Positions 46,509 through 56,902 of a stretch of DNA of 64,000 nt are shown one piece after another. Under the pieces are notes generated by a model, which was not told where the DNA came from, made no database searches, and was given only the letters and a program-made list of their open reading frames with translations. The stretch lies in the IMG/VR virus record IMGVR_UViG_3300032038_000028, positions 1-64,000 of that record; one strand, given 5' to 3'. The DNA is from a virus. Its lineage: Duplodnaviria > Caudoviricetes. The position numbers and the translations under genes were made by a program. The first letter of the stretch is position 1; every line of letters starts with the position of its first letter.

Positions 46509-47183
46509 TCATGACGCCACCTGCTCTTCCTGCTTGTGGTGTCTGTAGTGCTTTTGTACCGGCGCAGTGAAGGCGCGCTCGACGTCCCAATGATACCGAA
46601 ATATGCGCTGCCACAGTGTCACCACTTTGATTCCAAACGTCGCGGCCCAGTCGGACAAACATCGCGTAACGCCATGATAGGTGATCTTGATGTTATTGCG
46701 TCTATTACGCTGCTGCTCGGCCATGGTAATCCATCGGCAGTTGACAGGGTTATATCCTTCGTTGACGTCGATGCGGTCAAGGGTCAGATTCTCCTGATAC
46801 CCGGTGCGCTCCGCCCACTGCATGAAGTTCGCAAAATCATGCCACTCCTCGCAGACGGAGACCCCGCGCCCGCCGTAGTTGTCGTAATTCGTGCTGTGCG
46901 GGTTTTCGCATCTTGTGTGCATATTTGTCCAGATGCTATATAAGCGTGAGTAGCACTGGCCGTGTATTGTGTGAGCTGCCCTCACCCGTTCCTTCTGCAG
47001 GCATCCGCAGGATGTTGTGCGCCCTCTGCGCAGATCGGAGCCCCGAACATCCTTCTCGTTGCCGCAGTCACACAGACAGCGCCATCTGGCAGTACCATGC
47101 TTATCACACGCAGGATCAGCACGCCCGACTACCACCAACCTGCCGAAGCGCTGGCCTGTCAGATCAATAAAGGCACGCATCAA
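46509..47183 (-). CDS. HNH-type homing endonuclease
   Basis: DLTGQRFGRL, CLCDCG, SCGC, YGGRG..VCEEW, TLDRID.N..Y.P.NCRW. Confidence 0.8.
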   Translation of the reverse strand: MMRAFIDLTGQRFGRLVVVGRADPACDKHGTARWRCLCDCGNEKDVRGSDLRRGRTTSCGCLQKERVRAAHTIHGQCYSRLYSIWTNMHTRCENPHSTNYDNYGGRGVSVCEEWHDFANFMQWAERTGYQENLTLDRIDVNEGYNPVNCRWITMAEQQRNRRNNIKITYHGVTRCLSDWAATFGIKVVTLWQRIFRYHWDVERAFTAPVQKHYRHHKQEEQVAS

Positions 47184-47662
47184 ATCACCTCTCCATACTG
47201 GTTATCAGACGCCAGATCCACGCCGAGCACTTCGTCAAAGTGCGGCTGCTGTCCGGGGACATACCGGCCGTATTTCATCACGATCTGTACGCCGCTGATA
47301 CCCTTCAGCTCGTCGAAGAAGCCGAGCCTCTGCACTTCGCACTTGGTGTAGCCGGTATAGATCACGAAGGTGGTCTGAACGCCGCGCTCGACGGCACGGC
47401 GGATCAGACGGCACACTTCATGGATCTGAAGCAGAGGCTCCAGACCTGCGATCACGATGGCTTTGGTGATGGGGTCGGTCAGATAGGCGTCAAGAATCTC
47501 GTCGTCCGGGATCTCGGTAACCGGCAGCCTGGCGACCGGGTGGTTCTGGCAGACATACGGGTTGTCCGGGCAGCACTTCCAGTCGCAGAAGCAGGCGGCG
47601 AGATACAGGGACGGTTCTTTGTAGTCTTGAAAACGCTCTGTCAGCATCTTTCTGACTCTCAT
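47180..47662 (-). CDS. nrdG: Anaerobic ribonucleotide reductase activase (radical SAM)
   Basis: CDWKC...CQN, GLEP, IYTGY, GRY, LASDNQ; directly downstream of nrdD. Confidence 0.8.
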   Translation of the reverse strand: MRVRKMLTERFQDYKEPSLYLAACFCDWKCCPDNPYVCQNHPVARLPVTEIPDDEILDAYLTDPITKAIVIAGLEPLLQIHEVCRLIRRAVERGVQTTFVIYTGYTKCEVQRLGFFDELKGISGVQIVMKYGRYVPGQQPHFDEVLGVDLASDNQYGEVI

Positions 47663-47667
47663 AGGCT

Positions 47668-49428
47668 TTACTCCGTCAGCTGGTTGCGGTCTTTGAATTC
47701 GTTGGCTTTGCCGCGGTTGAAGTTGTCGACATCCCGCAGGTAACCCGTAATGCGCTGGAATTTATGCAGGCGTTGTTTGCAGATGGGGCATTTATCTACG
47801 CGCTCCATCACATAGCCGTGCTCCGGGCAGTACCGGGAGATGGGGGAAATGCTCATGTAAGGGACGTTGTAGGTCTCGAACATGGCTTTGACGATTTCCT
47901 TTGCATGCTCGCCGGGAATGGCACCATCCATGTAACAGTGGATAACCGTACCGCCGGTAAAGAGCGTCTGAAGATCATTCTGATGGGCGAATGTGGAGTT
48001 GATATCCTTGACGTCGCCTACCCACAGGTGGCAGGAGTTGGTGTAGTAGACATCCTTGCCGCCGGGGCCCTGCGTGATGATGTCCGGGTAATCCTTCTTG
48101 TCGATCAGGGCAAGGCGGTGCGAGGTGGCCTCTGCGGGGGTAGCTTCCAGGTTCCACAGGTTTCCGGTTTCTTCCTGATACTGAACCAGCCTGTCGCGCA
48201 TGTGATTGAGCACGTCCCGCATCAAGGCATGGCCTTCTTCGCTGCGGATGTCCTTGCCGAGCAGGTTCAAGCACATCTCGTTACCGCCCACCAGACCGAT
48301 GGTGCTGAAGTGATTGCGCAGGGTACCGACATACTCGATAAAGGCAGGTATCAGCTTGGCGTCGATGACGTTTTCCTGCAGCCATTTGCGCTTGATTTCC
48401 AGACTGTCTCTGGCGATGTCCATGTATTTATCCAGAGACTCCCAGAACTTCGCTTGATCGCCGTGGGCTTCGTAGGCCATGCGCGGCAGATTCAGGGTAA
48501 CCACGCCGATGGAGCCGGTGCTGTCTCCGGAGCCGAACAGACCGCCGTTTCTGCGGCGGAGCTCACGCAGGTCAAGCCTGAGCCGGCAGCACATACTCCT
48601 GGCGTCGGACGGATCCATATCTGAGTTGATGAAGTTGGCAAAATAGGGCGTGCCGTACTTCCCGGCCATCTCCCAGAGCAGCTTGTTGTTGGGATTATCC
48701 CAGTCGAAGCGCTTGTGGATGTTGTAGGTGGGGATCGGGTAGGCAAACAGCTTGCCTTCTGCGTCGCCGTTCAGCATGATCTCAAAGAAAACCCGGTTGA
48801 GCAGATCCATTTCCTGCTGGCAGTCCCCGTAGGTGAAGCTGACCAGATCACCGCCGACGATGGCGTAGTCGTCAATCATGTCGGCAGGAGGCGTCAAGTC
48901 GAACGTCAGGTTGAAGAAGGCCGGCTCAGCCCCGCCGCGGCTGTTGCTGTTGACGGAGAAGATGAAGTTCTGCATCGACTGCTTGACTTCGTTGTAGCTG
49001 AGCTTGTCCGCCTTGATGAACGGAGCAAGCAGGGTGTCGAAGCTGTTAAAAGCAACGGCTCCCATGATCTCGTTCTGAAACACGGTGACCAGATTCGCGC
49101 ACTGGTTGAGCACGGAATCAAAGTGCTTGGCCGGGGCGGATACGGGGATGTTGGACACGCCACGGACGCCTTTATAGAGGATGTCCTTCAGGGAGTACCC
49201 GCAGCAGTACAGCGTCAGCCCGCCCAGATCGTGGATATGAATATGGCCATCGACGTAGGCCTGAGAGATGTACTCCGGGTACACCTCCCGGAGCCAGTAG
49301 TCCTTGCTGACCTCGGCGGTCATGTATTTGTTGAGCGCTCCGAAGGAAAACGGGCTGTTGGAATTCTCCTTGGTGCGCCAGTCGGACTTCTTCAGGTACG
49401 CTTCGACGATGGCCTTGGAATTCTTCAT
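47668..49428 (-). CDS. nrdD: Class III ribonucleotide reductase (short form, no ATP cone)
   Basis: HIHDL, RSMCCRL, EATPAE, YYTNS, CPEHG...CPIC, RITGY glycyl-radical motif. Confidence 0.93.
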   Translation of the reverse strand: MKNSKAIVEAYLKKSDWRTKENSNSPFSFGALNKYMTAEVSKDYWLREVYPEYISQAYVDGHIHIHDLGGLTLYCCGYSLKDILYKGVRGVSNIPVSAPAKHFDSVLNQCANLVTVFQNEIMGAVAFNSFDTLLAPFIKADKLSYNEVKQSMQNFIFSVNSNSRGGAEPAFFNLTFDLTPPADMIDDYAIVGGDLVSFTYGDCQQEMDLLNRVFFEIMLNGDAEGKLFAYPIPTYNIHKRFDWDNPNNKLLWEMAGKYGTPYFANFINSDMDPSDARSMCCRLRLDLRELRRRNGGLFGSGDSTGSIGVVTLNLPRMAYEAHGDQAKFWESLDKYMDIARDSLEIKRKWLQENVIDAKLIPAFIEYVGTLRNHFSTIGLVGGNEMCLNLLGKDIRSEEGHALMRDVLNHMRDRLVQYQEETGNLWNLEATPAEATSHRLALIDKKDYPDIITQGPGGKDVYYTNSCHLWVGDVKDINSTFAHQNDLQTLFTGGTVIHCYMDGAIPGEHAKEIVKAMFETYNVPYMSISPISRYCPEHGYVMERVDKCPICKQRLHKFQRITGYLRDVDNFNRGKANEFKDRNQLTE

Positions 49429-49434
49429 AGTCGG

Positions 49435-49647
49435 TCACTCCTTTTTATATTTAGCCAGCCAGGCGAGGGCGGCAGTCTCATAGAGGATTTCTCCGTCGAC
49501 CTCGATGGCCGGAACACTGTCAAGATTTCGGGCGACGATCTGATCTACGTCGCTGATTTTTGTGTATTCAATGCCGCGCTTCTTCAGCATCTCGCTGAGG
49601 AAAGCACAGCGGTGGCATCCATCCACCCCGTACAGGATTACTTTCAT
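49435..49647 (-). CDS. Glutaredoxin/NrdH-like redoxin
   Basis: CHRC (CxxC), SVPAIEVDG. Confidence 0.8.
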   Translation of the reverse strand: MKVILYGVDGCHRCAFLSEMLKKRGIEYTKISDVDQIVARNLDSVPAIEVDGEILYETAALAWLAKYKKE

Positions 49648-50141
49648 CGGTCCTCTCCCATCCTTTTTCCAAATTCTACGATGCGCGGGTCGTTGCGGTT
49701 GTCGGAGAGACGCTCCTCGTCCGTGCCGTAAACAACCGGCTTCTGACGCTTGGCATCTTCCGCCATCCGGTCAAGCACTTCGCTGACAAAATGGATGGCG
49801 CCGGCGATGTCCCACCGGGTGATCATTACGACGGCAGCAGCCAGAGGAGGATCCAGCTCCTTGTCCCGGGCAAAGGCCACCGGGTCGATCTGCGGGGTAT
49901 AATCCGCCCACTCCGTCTCCCGGGGGTAGGTGGTGTTGGTAACGAGCTTCTTCAGGTATTCGAGCGCCTTGCGCAGATCCTGTTCGAGCGCGTCCTTGTG
50001 CCCGGCCCGGACGAGATACTTGACGGCGTTGCCCCGCAGGAAATCCAACCGCCAGTCGGAGATGAAGTCCCAGGTTTCAATGGTTCCTCTCGTGTAGTAC
50101 ACGGGATGGGAGACCGCCTGCTCAATCTGCTGTGTCGTCAT
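49644..50141 (-). CDS. DUF3310-family protein
   Basis: VSHP.YY...IE..DFI...GNAVKYL.RAG.K...DL.KA..YL. Confidence 0.8.
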   Translation of the reverse strand: MTTQQIEQAVSHPVYYTRGTIETWDFISDWRLDFLRGNAVKYLVRAGHKDALEQDLRKALEYLKKLVTNTTYPRETEWADYTPQIDPVAFARDKELDPPLAAAVVMITRWDIAGAIHFVSEVLDRMAEDAKRQKPVVYGTDEERLSDNRNDPRIVEFGKRMGEDR

Positions 50142-50799
50142 TCTGATAAACCTCGCTTAAATGTTTATGCCGTCCGCACCCCTGCCGCTCCGGGCAGAAG
50201 GGATAGTCGGCGTTGATTTCACACTTGGGGACAAGGTACGGCCCGATCAACGGTACCTCTGCTTCGGCGGCAGCTGCCATCTCCCCGGCAAGCTCGCGGA
50301 TTTCCCACTGGGCTCTGGTACATAGCCGCTCATGGCAGAAGTGCATCAGCTCCCGGGCGTTCATGGTAACCGTCAGCTCCGTCTCGCAGGCGTTGGGCAG
50401 GACGAAGCGGGCGTCTTCCGGCGGCATGCCGTAGTCGAGCAGGCGGCCGTAAGCGTTGCGGATGTAATCGATCACGTTGTTGTACAGCTGCCGGGCCGCA
50501 TCGTTGTGAGCGATGGAGGGAGGGGTAACCACGCCGAAATTATTCTCTTTGCAGTAGCGCTGAGAGCGTACGGAAAAGCTCATCAGGCGGTGTCTGGTCA
50601 GCTGGGCCAGCAGGGCACGGCTGACGCCTTCGATACGGAAGGTAAAATTCATGTGCTCCCAGACCGACAGGTGGCCGGTGCGGGCACAGGCTTTGAGGAT
50701 CCGCCCGTCTTCGGACGGCTGGCTGTCATAACAGGTGGACGCCGCCTGCTCACAGGTAGCGACCGGGTCGCTCGTGACAGCGATCAGTTCAACATACAT
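50122..50799 (-). CDS. thyX: Flavin-dependent thymidylate synthase
   Basis: GH.SVWEH, RHRLMSFSVRSQRY (RHRX7S), EDARFVLPN, AQWEIR. Confidence 0.95.
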   Translation of the reverse strand: MYVELIAVTSDPVATCEQAASTCYDSQPSEDGRILKACARTGHLSVWEHMNFTFRIEGVSRALLAQLTRHRLMSFSVRSQRYCKENNFGVVTPPSIAHNDAARQLYNNVIDYIRNAYGRLLDYGMPPEDARFVLPNACETELTVTMNARELMHFCHERLCTRAQWEIRELAGEMAAAAEAEVPLIGPYLVPKCEINADYPFCPERQGCGRHKHLSEVYQNDDTAD

Positions 50800-51154
50800 C
50801 CCTTTTCCTCCCGGCAGAAGCCTGCATATCCAGTACGTTCAGCATATGACGCAGTGCTTTTCTGATGGTGTCCAGCTCAGCGTCGCCGTGCATCACGATC
50901 TCAATGGCAGAAGCACCAGCGTGATTTGAGACGTCGATAGACCACTGAGTGCTTCCCATATCTTCGAGGCGCAGATAGGTGCAGCAACCGGAATCGCCAC
51001 CGTGGTATCCGTTTGTGCCGGCCTCGGCCTCCAGGATGTTGCAGTCTGCGATCTCTGTGCCCCATGTCTGTACCTCGCAGCCGTCGACCAGACGGGTACG
51101 ATTTACCAGCTGTTCCTGCGTCGTTGCAATGATTTCATTTTCAGTCATGGTCAT
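50789..51154 (-). CDS. Hypothetical protein
   Basis: GGAGG RBS; EAGTNGYHGGD motif. Confidence 0.55.
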   Translation of the reverse strand: MTMTENEIIATTQEQLVNRTRLVDGCEVQTWGTEIADCNILEAEAGTNGYHGGDSGCCTYLRLEDMGSTQWSIDVSNHAGASAIEIVMHGDAELDTIRKALRHMLNVLDMQASAGRKRDVC

Positions 51155-51347
51155 GTCCTCCTGCTTTGTAATAGCTGGCGCAGATCTCGCCGAAGTCAGC
51201 GATGGATGCGCCGTAGTATTTATGTTTCGGGATTTCCCAGTTGATACAGCTCTGCTTGCGGTAACACCCGGCGACACAGTCCATGGCGCCGCAGTACGTA
51301 ATGTCGTCCGGCCACGCTGGCGGCTCGGGCAGACGGAAATCAGTCAT
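51141..51347 (-). CDS. Small Cys-containing hypothetical protein
   Basis: DITYC...C...CYR pattern; overlaps neighbouring genes. Confidence 0.5.
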   Translation of the reverse strand: MTDFRLPEPPAWPDDITYCGAMDCVAGCYRKQSCINWEIPKHKYYGASIADFGEICASYYKAGGHDHD

Positions 51348-51558
51348 CGTTGTATCCATAATCTTCCATGTCATCCGGGACGCACCCGGACATTCCTTCT
51401 GCGTAATCCCACAGCTCTCCGCGGATATCTGTCCCGCGGGCGATGTGGTCGGAGATGAGCGCTGTGTACAGCAGGCGCTCAAGTTCTTCGTGCTCACGGA
51501 TCTCTTTCTTCAGCGCTGAGACCGTGGGCGCGGCGCGCTGTGCTGGCAACGGCAGCAC
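51340..51558 (-). CDS. Hypothetical protein (72 aa)
   Basis: AAAGGGGG RBS, operon packing. Confidence 0.45.
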   Translation of the reverse strand: MLPLPAQRAAPTVSALKKEIREHEELERLLYTALISDHIARGTDIRGELWDYAEGMSGCVPDDMEDYGYNDD

Positions 51559-51573
51559 CCCCTTTCCAAGGTG

Positions 51574-54500
51574 TCAGCTGGCTTCTGCCAGCCTGTAACG
51601 GCACAGGTAGTAATATGTCCGCCCGTTGTAGGTCTTCGGGTACCATGAGTTGGTGTAGACCGGTTTGCCGCTGCCGGTCTCCGGGACGACGCGCAGGATG
51701 TCGCCCTTGGCGAACTGCTCCAGATAGCTGCCGTCCTTGATCGTCCACTCATGGGTGCCACCGTCCTTCAGGCTGACTGCCGTAAAGGAGTAGGCCCACG
51801 GCTTGCCTGTCTTCTTGGACGTCAGGACGCGCACGTCGGACGTGACGTAGAGGAGAGCTTTGCCGTCGTTCCCCAGCGGTTCGACGTAGCCGAGGTACTC
51901 CATCTGGGCGCGGGCCCTTTCGGATGGCTTCGGCGGCGGGAGATGCTGAGAGCGGACATGGGCTTCGCACAGGGACAGGAGCTTCGGCATGTCGGTGATC
52001 GTCCAGCTCTTGAGCGTACCCGCCTTGCCCTGGTCGGTAGCGGCCGACTCAATGATGCCCGACAGGCGGTAGGCTTCCACCTTGTCCTTGGCGACGCGGG
52101 TGAGCGTGCCCTTGTTGAGCTCGGTGAAGTAGGCGTTGATGGCGGTCAGCTCCGACGGATTGCCGAAGGCGGCGAAGAAGTCGAGCTGGATCAGGATGTC
52201 GAGCTGCAGGGAATTGAGGCTGGTCTCCTGGTCGATCACCTTCAGGACATCCATGAAGGAAGCGTCCTGCGGCAGATGCTGAGCGGCTTCGTACAGCTGG
52301 TCAGCCACGTCTGCGTTCAGATGCTTGATGGACAGCAGCCCCTTGTAGATGACGCCGTTTTCGGTATCGAACATGTAGTCGGCCCGGCTGTGGCCCCATC
52401 GTGGCGGGGAAACGGTGACGCCGTGGCTTCTGGCGTAGGCGATGACGGCCGCCGTCTTATCCGCCTTGTCGGCGTAGACGTTGAGCGCCGCCGCTACGAA
52501 GGGGAGCGGGTAGTGATAGCGCAGATAGCCGATGGCATAGCCGATCATTGCATAGGCCAGGGCGTGGTTGCGGCTGAAGCTGTAGGAAGAGGCGTCCAGT
52601 ATGGTCTGAATGAACGGCTTGACGATCTGCTGTGCCTTCTCCTTGGTGACGTCGTCGTAATGGGCCGGAGCGTATTCGACAAAGCGCCGCTCGATCTCCG
52701 GCAGAAGGGATTCCGTGCCCTTCTTCTTGGCGATGGCGCGGCGGACGCTGTCGGCTTCGCTGCCGGAGTAGCCGCAGAAGAGCTCCAGCCATTTCATAAC
52801 TGTTTCCTGATAGGTTGCGAACCCGGCTTCGTCTGCGAGGAAATCATTCAGCGCCTTACAGCCGTTGTCGCGCACCTTCCCTTCCGCTACCTGATCACGG
52901 TAGGATGCGCTGCCGGGCCGGAGAAGGCCAGAGGCGAATGCGAACCAGTCGATCATGCGGAAGCCAGGGTTGCGGGAGCGGGCCAGAGCGATGATGTCGG
53001 GGGACAGAAACTTCTTCAGATAGGCCGTGGCCTGTGCGGATTCAAACTGGAAGATGCAGGTCGTGTCTTCCCGGATGGACTGCCAGACCTTTGCGTCTTC
53101 CATGTCCATGTTGTCCGGCGTCAGCCGTTCGATGCCGGCGTAACGGCAGGCGCGGTTGATCAGGTCGTTGGAATCCAGCCCGAGCTCGTCCATCTTGACC
53201 AGATTCAGGCTGTCCAGCTCCTTCATGTTGAGGCAGGTGATGGGGTAGTTGGAGCCGGAGGAGGTACACAGACCGATCTCTGCGGCGACGTCGTGGTCGG
53301 TGACCAGCACGCCGCAGGGGTGAGACCCGTAGGAAACGACAGTGCCGCTGACAATATCCACGTACTCAAACAGCTCCGGGTATTTTGCCCGCACCTCGTC
53401 CGGTACATTCCCATCTGCGTCCACCGCCTTGGTCAGCTTATCCACTTCATCCAGCGGCAGGTTGTCTGCCCGGGCGATGTCGCGGATGGCGCCCTTGGTG
53501 GCGATGGTGTTGAAGGTGATGATCTCCGCCGTCTGAATCCCGGAGAAACCCATCTTGTCGTCCAGCAGATATTTCTTGGCCAGCTCCCGGTCTGCTTCGG
53601 CGTAGTCCACGTCGATGTCGGCGAGGGATACGCGCTCCGGGTTCATGAAGCGGAAGAAGTTGAGGCCGTACTCCATGGCGTCCACGTCGGTAATACCGGT
53701 GACGTAGGCACACATGGAGCCGGTGACGGATCCTCTGCCGTAGCCGGTGGCGATGCCGTGTTCCTGTTCCCACATGTGCTGGTGATACTTGAGCGCCATG
53801 TAGGGGGAGGCGCCGCACTTTTCAAACACGGCCAGCTCCTCGTCCAGACGGCGGAACAGGGCTTCCCGCCCGTGCCGCTGCATGGCGTAGGGGTGGCGCT
53901 CCGCTGCCTGATACACTTCGTCCCGCCAGAGCTTCACCGGGTCGGCAAAGACGTTGGGGTATTTGATGGAGCGGTCGACGGTGAAGGGCTCAATCATGTC
54001 GGCGAAGTGATTGGTCTCGTCGATGGCGGCCAGGAAGACAGCTTCGGGCAGGGAATTCTGAGCACGGTAAGCGTTGACCAGCTCGTCGTAGCTCATAAAG
54101 CGCAGGTTCCAGTCCGCTTCGTTGTCAAACCGGACGCCCTTGCCCTGCTGGAGCTTGACCCTGCCCCGGGCATGGCGCTCGTTGAGGGCGTGACTGTCTG
54201 TCCCGGCGATCAGCGGGATGCCATAGCGTTTGGAGTAATCCCACAGCTTCTGGTTGTACTGGGCCTGCTCGGCGACCAGATGGTGCTGGATCTCCAGCCA
54301 GCAGCGGCTCCTGTTTGCCCGCATGAAGCGGAGAAACCGCTCCTCGTCTTCCGACTTACCGTTGAGCGGGCCGCCCAGACAGGCGGAGGTGACGAGGATG
54401 TTGTCCGATGTCCCCTCCAGATCGTCCATGAAGATGCGGGGAACGTAGTAGAAGTGAGTGGTCTCCTTGCGCTCGAAGGAACCGGAGACCAGACGGTTCA

Positions 54501-54801
54501 GCTCCAGAAAGCCGTCGTAATTCCGGGCGTACAGGATGACGTGATAGTTGTCGCGCACCTTTTCCTCCGGGTGCATGGTGACATAGGCTTCCACGCCGTG
54601 CAGATACTTCATCCCGGCCTGCTCGACAGATTCTTTTTTGTGCAGCCACTCGTCGATGTTCCCGTGTTCCGAAAAGCCGAAGGCCTTTATGCCCAGCTCC
54701 GCCGCCCGGGCGGTGTACTGGTAGTACCGGGACACCGAGTCGATGTTGGTGGTGCAGTTGGACAGCATGGTATGTACGTGATAGGGGACGTAATTCTTCA
54801 T
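51574..54801 (-). CDS. dnaE: DNA polymerase III alpha subunit (family C)
   Basis: PHP domain (HVHT, EHGN, TDSH), GRGS, FFRFMNPERVSLADIDVD, HPCG, FQFES, YSFSRNHA. Confidence 0.95.
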   Translation of the reverse strand: MKNYVPYHVHTMLSNCTTNIDSVSRYYQYTARAAELGIKAFGFSEHGNIDEWLHKKESVEQAGMKYLHGVEAYVTMHPEEKVRDNYHVILYARNYDGFLELNRLVSGSFERKETTHFYYVPRIFMDDLEGTSDNILVTSACLGGPLNGKSEDEERFLRFMRANRSRCWLEIQHHLVAEQAQYNQKLWDYSKRYGIPLIAGTDSHALNERHARGRVKLQQGKGVRFDNEADWNLRFMSYDELVNAYRAQNSLPEAVFLAAIDETNHFADMIEPFTVDRSIKYPNVFADPVKLWRDEVYQAAERHPYAMQRHGREALFRRLDEELAVFEKCGASPYMALKYHQHMWEQEHGIATGYGRGSVTGSMCAYVTGITDVDAMEYGLNFFRFMNPERVSLADIDVDYAEADRELAKKYLLDDKMGFSGIQTAEIITFNTIATKGAIRDIARADNLPLDEVDKLTKAVDADGNVPDEVRAKYPELFEYVDIVSGTVVSYGSHPCGVLVTDHDVAAEIGLCTSSGSNYPITCLNMKELDSLNLVKMDELGLDSNDLINRACRYAGIERLTPDNMDMEDAKVWQSIREDTTCIFQFESAQATAYLKKFLSPDIIALARSRNPGFRMIDWFAFASGLLRPGSASYRDQVAEGKVRDNGCKALNDFLADEAGFATYQETVMKWLELFCGYSGSEADSVRRAIAKKKGTESLLPEIERRFVEYAPAHYDDVTKEKAQQIVKPFIQTILDASSYSFSRNHALAYAMIGYAIGYLRYHYPLPFVAAALNVYADKADKTAAVIAYARSHGVTVSPPRWGHSRADYMFDTENGVIYKGLLSIKHLNADVADQLYEAAQHLPQDASFMDVLKVIDQETSLNSLQLDILIQLDFFAAFGNPSELTAINAYFTELNKGTLTRVAKDKVEAYRLSGIIESAATDQGKAGTLKSWTITDMPKLLSLCEAHVRSQHLPPPKPSERARAQMEYLGYVEPLGNDGKALLYVTSDVRVLTSKKTGKPWAYSFTAVSLKDGGTHEWTIKDGSYLEQFAKGDILRVVPETGSGKPVYTNSWYPKTYNGRTYYYLCRYRLAEAS

Positions 54802-54944
54802 GACTGCTCCTGTTGGTTGATGATGGGGTGTCTGGCGAACACTTCCTCCAGTGTCCAGCCCTGCTTATACATGTCCCAGACGTCAAAATACTGAAGGCCC
54901 GTCATTTCAGCCACCTGACGGATGGTGAATTCCCAGTCCGGCAT
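54798..54944 (-). CDS. Small 48-aa protein (MPDWEFTIRQVAEMTG...), HTH-like
   Basis: Overlaps the helicase stop (TGATG) and the dnaE start (ATGA); absent from the ORF track. Confidence 0.55.
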   Translation of the reverse strand: MPDWEFTIRQVAEMTGLQYFDVWDMYKQGWTLEEVFARHPIINQQEQS

Positions 54945-56893
54945 CAGAAAGGCTCTCCTCCCTGTCCGCTCAACGTCAGGTACTTCTGCATATCGAAGAA
55001 TGGAAGCTCGTCCTCATGCTCCTCCTTATCCCAGTTATAATGTTTCGCCAGCATTTCCGGCGAATCATAGAAACGGCGGGACGGGATGTCGTAGAACAGC
55101 GGGATGATCTTGCCCAGAGCGCTTCCAAACCTGTCCTTGATGACGCGGAGCTGGACGTTGCAGTTGGTAAAGGGTTTTCTTCGCCCGGTCTTGCCGAGCT
55201 CCCGGTCTGAGTCCTGTACGCGGTACAGCGAGAAGATGCGGTGTGCCAGGTTGGCGCTGGACGTTACGCCGGACAGATCGAACAGATCAACCGGCCTGAT
55301 CTCCATCATCTTCTTCGGGTGCAGGACGATCAGGAGAATGATATCCAGCCGCCGCGCCATCTCGACGCAGTCCCGGATGAAGACGTCCTGTTTGTGGTAT
55401 TTGTTTTCCTCATTGGCTTCCAGATCCACGCTGGTCATGTTGTCCAGTACAACTGTGCGGACACCGTAGCGTTTCACACAGGCTTCAATGGATTCCATGA
55501 TGCGGGAAATCTGCGGAGACTCCGTATCCTTGTAGAAGTAGAGCTGGCCTTCATAATACTGATTGATGCGCCTGCTGGCCTCCGGCTTGATACGGTATAC
55601 CGTACGCCCGTCCTTCTGCTCGCTGATCAGGTTGGCCTGCCCGGCATGTACGAAGTCAATCCACGATTTAAGAAGTGGGTTGTTAAGCTCCCCGGAGTAC
55701 ACGAACGTCGGAAAACCCTGATCCACTGACTGGTTGATGATGGTGGACAGGAAGGAGCTTTTGCCGGAGCCGGTGATCCCAGTAATCAGATTGGTGGTTC
55801 CGCAGAACAGTTTGCCGATCGAAGAATCCAGCTCCTCGAATCCTGTTTTGATGCCGTCCACGTCGTCCATGTTGAATTCCCTGACCTTGGTGTAGTCAGC
55901 GGCCGACATAATTTCCCGTTCCTTTGCGCTGTTGATGGCGTCGATGACGGCCTGCTTCCCGCCCCTGGCCAGCAGCTCGTTGAGATCCTTGACGTGATGC
56001 GGAACGCCGTTATCGTCCGTCCAGTGGTCGGGCACATCCACCACCTTGCAGCGGTATTCGCCAAGGCGCCGCGTAGCTTCCTTGACAAACTTCTGCCCGG
56101 CCTCGTCGTTGTCATGGATCAGGATGATCTCGGAAAACTGCTCCAGCCACGCCCAGTTCTGCGTGATGAACTGCAAATTTCCGTCCCCCATCGGGATGGA
56201 TGTCGAGTTGGTGAACCCGCACTCATATGCGGCTGCGCAGTCGCCTTCTCCGCAGCAGATGATCAGGGGTTGGGTGATGTTGATGTGGTTCATATTGAAC
56301 AGCAGGTGCATGGTGTCGCTCTTCATCCACCAGCACTTCATCTTGTCCACGCCCTTGCGGATAGGCCGGCTGGGCCGCACCTTGACGCAGCGGAGCACAT
56401 CTTCCAGATCCCAGTAGCAGAAGCAGGTGTTGCCGCCGGTGTCCTGCATGATACCAAGAGCGTCGATGGTTTCAGGAGAGATACAGCGTTTCCGCCAGTA
56501 GGCGTAGACTTCATCCTTGTTGTCGGCCCATTCCGGCTTGGGGTAGGCGTAGTCCCGGTCGGTCGGGATGCCGCGGTAGGAGAAGTTGTGCGGCATATCA
56601 GCTTCCTGGAACAGCTTTTCGGCCGCCTGCAGGAAGGTATCTCCTGCGCTCATCCATGCGTCGATGACGTCGTAGGTGGCATGGCATCCGAAACAGTAGA
56701 AGTTGTGGGCTCTCGGGTTATAGGAACAGCTTGGGGTGTCGTCGTGATGGGCAGGGTTGGGGCAGCACCCGATCCGGCGCTGAGGGTTATACTTTTCCAG
56801 CTTCATGACATCGGCGATGATCTCGGCATTCCGGTCGCCCAGACGCTCTTTTGCTTCTTCGATTCTTTCCCGGCTGATATTGGAGTCCATCAA
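54944..56893 (-). CDS. Bifunctional primase-helicase (Zn-binding + TOPRIM + SF4 helicase)
   Basis: CCP..H.D.TPS...CFGC, EGD, DND.AG, Walker A GITGSGKS, LDN, HPKK. Confidence 0.9.
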   Translation of the reverse strand: MMDSNISRERIEEAKERLGDRNAEIIADVMKLEKYNPQRRIGCCPNPAHHDDTPSCSYNPRAHNFYCFGCHATYDVIDAWMSAGDTFLQAAEKLFQEADMPHNFSYRGIPTDRDYAYPKPEWADNKDEVYAYWRKRCISPETIDALGIMQDTGGNTCFCYWDLEDVLRCVKVRPSRPIRKGVDKMKCWWMKSDTMHLLFNMNHINITQPLIICCGEGDCAAAYECGFTNSTSIPMGDGNLQFITQNWAWLEQFSEIILIHDNDEAGQKFVKEATRRLGEYRCKVVDVPDHWTDDNGVPHHVKDLNELLARGGKQAVIDAINSAKEREIMSAADYTKVREFNMDDVDGIKTGFEELDSSIGKLFCGTTNLITGITGSGKSSFLSTIINQSVDQGFPTFVYSGELNNPLLKSWIDFVHAGQANLISEQKDGRTVYRIKPEASRRINQYYEGQLYFYKDTESPQISRIMESIEACVKRYGVRTVVLDNMTSVDLEANEENKYHKQDVFIRDCVEMARRLDIILLIVLHPKKMMEIRPVDLFDLSGVTSSANLAHRIFSLYRVQDSDRELGKTGRRKPFTNCNVQLRVIKDRFGSALGKIIPLFYDIPSRRFYDSPEMLAKHYNWDKEEHEDELPFFDMQKYLTLSGQGGEPF

Positions 56894-56902
56894 ATCACCG
56901 CC

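Noticed and set aside
51751-54894. 1047-aa + strand ORF, and similar long antisense ORFs (36544-38739, 9690-11381, 4971-6326, 57221-58672)
   Set aside because: They mirror well-supported genes on the opposite strand, lack RBS and motifs, and are expected shadows of GC-rich codon bias.
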